This document shows positions 60,441 through 64,000 of a stretch of DNA of 64,000 nt, piece by piece. This stretch comes from Shigella phage KPS64, in sequence record MK562502; one strand, given 5' to 3'. A program made the translations under genes and the position numbers. A model generated the notes under the pieces. The model was not told the origin of the DNA. It ran no database searches and saw only the letters and a list, made by a program, of their open reading frames with translations. How positions within the stretch are numbered: the stretch's first letter is position 1; every line of letters begins with the position of its first letter.

Positions 60441-60706
60441 TGCTGCTTATTCCCTAACAAAATCATATCAATTAAATTGTTTGCCTTAATAGTACATTCA
60501 TAGTAACCATCACGATAAAACTCAAGAGCACTTGCAAGGTCTTCACCTTTAGTGCCTTTAACCTCATATCGTGCTTCTTCTTGAGTGTACTTGTCACTCT
60601 CACTTACTTGGGAGTTTTTGAAGGTACTGTTCACTTTGTTCGTTGAACACCCTGACATAAGGCTCAGTAGCACAATCATTAATAAAGACTGTCTTAGTTT
60701 TTTCAT
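60437..60706 (-). CDS. lipoprotein, o-spanin-like (89 aa)
   Basis: Signal peptide with lipobox LMSGC; start lies inside the 3' end of the upstream TM-protein gene in another frame. Confidence 0.4.
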   Translation of the reverse strand: MKKLRQSLLMIVLLSLMSGCSTNKVNSTFKNSQVSESDKYTQEEARYEVKGTKGEDLASALEFYRDGYYECTIKANNLIDMILLGNKQQ

Positions 60707-60947
60707 AGTTCAATACCTCTTTGGTGTGTTTGTTTTTAGCAAGCACATCTTTCAAATCATTTTTGTAATTGGAGCTAAGATTTGATAAACCTTCTTGATA
60801 AGCATCTTTAGCAACACTTACAAGTCTCTGGTTAGTTAACTCCTTTTCATTAACTTGACTGGTCTTGTAAGTGTAACCTCCCCAAGCACCAACACCTATT
60901 AAGAAAATGATTACAAAAGCTGCTTGACAAAATTCTTTAAACGTCAT
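60600..60947 (-). CDS. N-terminal TM protein, i-spanin-like (115 aa)
   Basis: TM helix FVIIFLIGVGAWGGY then charged periplasmic-type region; overlaps lipoprotein gene. Confidence 0.35.
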   Translation of the reverse strand: MTFKEFCQAAFVIIFLIGVGAWGGYTYKTSQVNEKELTNQRLVSVAKDAYQEGLSNLSSNYKNDLKDVLAKNKHTKEVLNYEKTKTVFINDCATEPYVRVFNEQSEQYLQKLPSK

Positions 60948-60963
60948 TTAACTTCTCCTAGAA

Positions 60964-60990
60964 ATGAAAAAGGCTCCCGAAGGAGCCTCT
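60964..60990 (-). terminator. rho-independent terminator (minus strand)
   Basis: aggctcc-ttcg-ggagcct hairpin followed by TTTTT on minus strand. Confidence 0.55.
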
Positions 60991-60999
60991 ATAATAACT

Positions 61000-61464
61000 T
61001 TAACCAAGAACTTTCGCAAGGACATTTGCTGCCATTGTTGAGGCTTTTGAAGCAGCAGCTACGCCAGCCTTAATGGTATTGTCCTTAATCGCAGAAACCG
61101 TTGCAGTATCTGTGAAGAGGTAAGTGGTAGTTTGAGAACCACTTGTAAAGGAAAGCATAAGAGCAGTTTCCAGATTGAAAGAACGGTAAGGAGCACCGGA
61201 TTGTACAATCCCTTTTGCACCTAACTCTGAAGCCATACCCATATCATAGATAGTCATCAGATTTTCTTTATGAGCAGTAGTTGAACCAACACCCTTAACG
61301 TGTTTTGTGACATTCAACATTGCACGATACTCACGAATGTTACCATCAGCTTTCACGTTTACTGCACGAAAGATTTTACCATCGAAATTACTTTTGATAA
61401 TCTCACGAACTACCTGTGATTTGTTACCGGAAGCATCGATAGCTACTGTAATAATGTTTTGCAT
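61000..61464 (-). CDS. hypothetical protein (154 aa)
   Basis: ORF, no motif. Confidence 0.4.
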   Translation of the reverse strand: MQNIITVAIDASGNKSQVVREIIKSNFDGKIFRAVNVKADGNIREYRAMLNVTKHVKGVGSTTAHKENLMTIYDMGMASELGAKGIVQSGAPYRSFNLETALMLSFTSGSQTTTYLFTDTATVSAIKDNTIKAGVAAASKASTMAANVLAKVLG

Positions 61465-61475
61465 GGTTTACTCTC

Positions 61476-62171
61476 TCAGTTTTTAACAAGCATTGTTTTG
61501 ATGTGTGGTAAGATTCTTTCAACCTTTGCCACGTTCTTCACTGTATCTTCTATAAAGCATACTACATCATAGTAAGGTAGAATGCAAGACTGAAGCATAC
61601 GAACTTTCAAACTTTCTGCACTAATCTCATTGTCACCAAATCCACGCATAAACAGTAGGAAATCACTGTCTACATTCTCATTCAGGAAAAGATGTGTGAC
61701 AACTCTTTGTGATTCACCACGAGCAGTTAAGAATCCTATATCAGCATTTCTTGATATACCACACAGGATGTTAAAAACATATGTTGGCTTAGCTCTGCGA
61801 GAGTCTACCAAGTTAGTATACTGTGAGTAAGTACCGTCATCTAACAGAGTTGCATTAAGTTTCTTGTCAAAGCTTGTAAGAACACCATCAATGTCTGCTA
61901 AGACCATTTTACGTTTTTCTTCCAAGTTCTTTGCAACCAAGATAAGGCTGTTACGACCAACATATACAGTTTTACCTGTTAGCAAATCCTGACAAGGAAT
62001 CTGTGTCTTTGTTGAGTGGAAGTCTTCAAAGCTACACACAACATTTCTTGCTGTATCTGCAAAGTCAGCTTTAGCAATATCTGACCAACTTGCAGAACTG
62101 ATATCTAAATCAAGTGGCTTGATATCATAAGCATGACACAGAACCATGTCAAATTGTTTTGATTCGCTCAT
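61476..62171 (-). CDS. HAD-superfamily phosphatase/nucleotidase-like protein (231 aa)
   Basis: Motif I-like VLADIDGVLTSF (DxDGxL). Confidence 0.45.
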   Translation of the reverse strand: MSESKQFDMVLCHAYDIKPLDLDISSASWSDIAKADFADTARNVVCSFEDFHSTKTQIPCQDLLTGKTVYVGRNSLILVAKNLEEKRKMVLADIDGVLTSFDKKLNATLLDDGTYSQYTNLVDSRRAKPTYVFNILCGISRNADIGFLTARGESQRVVTHLFLNENVDSDFLLFMRGFGDNEISAESLKVRMLQSCILPYYDVVCFIEDTVKNVAKVERILPHIKTMLVKN

Positions 62172-62697
62172 ATTTTACCTTTTTAATGTTTGTTGCAAAC
62201 TCACATTGAGCCAGCAGTTTCATGTTATTGTACACATCTTGAGAGTATTGTCTAGCCTTTGGAATCTTGTATTTGTAACCAGCATTATAAGAAGCTAGGA
62301 CACGCTTCATAGAGTACTTTCCATCTGGGTTACCATGAACCTTAGTCCAGAATAATAGCTCCTTATGAGCCTCTTTCGCTGAATAATGGAAGTCACTTAC
62401 TAGCTTCTTCTTAGCAACCTTTGGAGATACCTTGTTACGCTTTACAACAGTCTTCAAGTGATTCTGGAAAACACCATAATCATGAGTCTTTTTATTTTCT
62501 AACATGACACCTAATTGTGACTCTTGTAAGGCTATAGCTGCTAAAGGGATTCCCCAACCTTTTCCCATCTGCCCTTCGCCATAGTTATATGCTTTTAACA
62601 TATTAACTTTCTGGCTGATTGTAAGCTCTGGACAGTCAGATGCTGTAGCTAAATGTGCTGTAAAGAATAAGCACAAACCTAAAACAAATTTCTTCAT
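62149..62697 (-). CDS. secreted lytic transglycosylase-like protein (about 182 aa)
   Basis: Signal peptide MKKFVLGLCLFFTAHLATA; AIALQESQLG ... YGVFQ resembles SLT-domain ES...GxxQ motif; start set to internal ATG at 62697. Confidence 0.4.
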   Translation of the reverse strand: MKKFVLGLCLFFTAHLATASDCPELTISQKVNMLKAYNYGEGQMGKGWGIPLAAIALQESQLGVMLENKKTHDYGVFQNHLKTVVKRNKVSPKVAKKKLVSDFHYSAKEAHKELLFWTKVHGNPDGKYSMKRVLASYNAGYKYKIPKARQYSQDVYNNMKLLAQCEFATNIKKVKYERIKTI

Positions 62698-62755
62698 TTG
62701 CACTCCTATTTTGTTAAACATGCAGACAATTATACACTAACCTGCACATTTTTCA

Positions 62756-62782
62756 AATAAAAAAGGCTGCCGAAGCAGCCCC
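62756..62782 (-). terminator. rho-independent terminator (minus strand)
   Basis: ggctgc-ttcg-gcagcc hairpin followed by TTTTTTATT on minus strand. Confidence 0.55.
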
Positions 62783-62798
62783 TTTAGGAATTTACTTA

Positions 62799-63920
62799 TT
62801 AAACTTCACGTTTACGCTGAGAAATCAGTTCACCAGCAGTGCCCACAACTACGTGAAGTGCTTCTGAACCATCCCACTCTTTGATGATTTCACGGCGACT
62901 ATTTACAATCGCTGCAACTTCATAACGGGAAGCTCGCATTTTCATGTCGTTGTAGTCAGTTGGTACTGAAACAACATCACGAGGATGAACACGAACTTTC
63001 AGGATAGTGTCACCAGAGAAGCTAGTTACATAATCCCAAGCACCAACGTGCAGACCCTGAGAGCAGGTTACATGACGGTTATTATCAACCATCCAACGTG
63101 GCATCTCTACAATGTTACCCAAATCATTTGGAACTTTGCAGGTGCGAGAGTCAAACAGTTTACCACCACGAGTTGTGACTTTCTTCCAGCCGATGATATA
63201 ACCTTCTTCATCAATTTCAACATCGAGGTGTGATACGAAGCCCCAAAGTTGTTCTACAGAGTCTTTTGATGGGTTTTCCATCAGTTTTTCAAAGAATGCA
63301 ATCAGTCGAACAAAACCATTATCACCTTTCTTCATCATATCCAGAATACGGTCTACCAGAGTTGAGCGCATCTGAACAGCACCGTAATACAGGTTGTCAC
63401 CTTTGATGGTTACAGCACCTTGAGTGAAGTTCTCAATAGACTTGCGAATGTTCATCAGTTCAAAAGCTTTCTTGTACTCACCTGAAACAACAGCCATTAC
63501 AATATCAGTGTAGTTAGGGTGAGTTGACTCAACAATCTCAGACTCTGCACCGAAAGTCATGATAACAGAATCACCAGTAATCATGTATTCAATCTGGCTG
63601 TTATTCTGCATTGCTTCATGCAGAGCATTTACAGGTTCTGCTTTGACTGCTTCTTTAACAGCTTTTGCAACAGGTTTCTGCTTAGATACCTTCTTGGTCG
63701 CTTTAACTTTCTTAGCACTCTTTGCAATATCTTTCAGAGTCTTTGCAGGTTTTGCTTTGGTTTTCCCTGACAGCAGCGTTGCTTCATGGCGCTCTACAGC
63801 ACGACCTACCGAACGGGTTGAAGTGTTATACTTCAGAGCGATTGCAGTTTTGGTCAGTTTACCTTCTTTAACCAGTGCATAGATTTCTGCGTCGATTTGT
63901 GCTTTAGTCTTAGTAGTCAT
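62799..63920 (-). CDS. hypothetical protein with N-terminal HTH-like region and lysine-rich linker (373 aa)
   Basis: KYNTSTRSVGRAVERH HTH-like segment; K/A-rich segment; conserved-looking C-terminal domain. Confidence 0.4.
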   Translation of the reverse strand: MTTKTKAQIDAEIYALVKEGKLTKTAIALKYNTSTRSVGRAVERHEATLLSGKTKAKPAKTLKDIAKSAKKVKATKKVSKQKPVAKAVKEAVKAEPVNALHEAMQNNSQIEYMITGDSVIMTFGAESEIVESTHPNYTDIVMAVVSGEYKKAFELMNIRKSIENFTQGAVTIKGDNLYYGAVQMRSTLVDRILDMMKKGDNGFVRLIAFFEKLMENPSKDSVEQLWGFVSHLDVEIDEEGYIIGWKKVTTRGGKLFDSRTCKVPNDLGNIVEMPRWMVDNNRHVTCSQGLHVGAWDYVTSFSGDTILKVRVHPRDVVSVPTDYNDMKMRASRYEVAAIVNSRREIIKEWDGSEALHVVVGTAGELISQRKREV

Positions 63921-64000
63921 TTCAATATCTCTCTTTGTTGTTTAAAGTTACTTAGTGGTTCGTATTCTAAGGGGCTTTTCAGCCCCTGTCAAACTATTTT

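Noticed and set aside
63961-64000. Hairpin ggggc-ttttc-agcccc at the window end as a terminator
   Set aside because: Not followed by a T-run on either strand and lies upstream of the gene start at 63920; window ends before context can be judged.

Overview
This 64-kb window reads as part of a tailed dsDNA phage genome (about 40% GC) with a contractile-tail (myovirus-type) structural module; no host genes are evident. From left to right: (1) a plus-strand DNA metabolism block (C-terminal end of a T7-like family A DNA polymerase, HNH-AP2 homing endonuclease, ATP-dependent DNA ligase, dihydrofolate reductase, thymidylate synthase) interrupted by a duplicated repeat-rich island with pentameric (GGTNN)n tracts; (2) a minus-strand morphogenesis block (two HxH-repeat tail fibers, baseplate, tape measure, tube, sheath, head completion, major capsid, S49 prohead protease, portal, large terminase); (3) a minus-strand array of about 27 tRNA genes plus tRNA-like and structured non-tRNA spacers, next to a vWA-domain (possibly Ro60/TROVE-like) protein; (4) a plus-strand block of unknown genes including a T4-type lysozyme; (5) a 1.7-kb gene-free, repeat-dense region between convergent terminators; (6) a minus-strand array of 17 small genes, most preceded by the same hairpin-plus-RBS cassette, followed by a macro-domain protein, a spanin-like pair and a HAD phosphatase. 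The best candidates for something undescribed are the (GGTNN)n island, the gene-free repeat region, the cassette-punctuated small-gene array with the macro-domain gene, and a 120-nt tRNA-like RNA that may pair with the vWA protein. All calls come from reading the sequence and ORF translations by eye; no database search or tRNA/structure predictor was run, so product names are motif-based and coordinates of RNA features are approximate.
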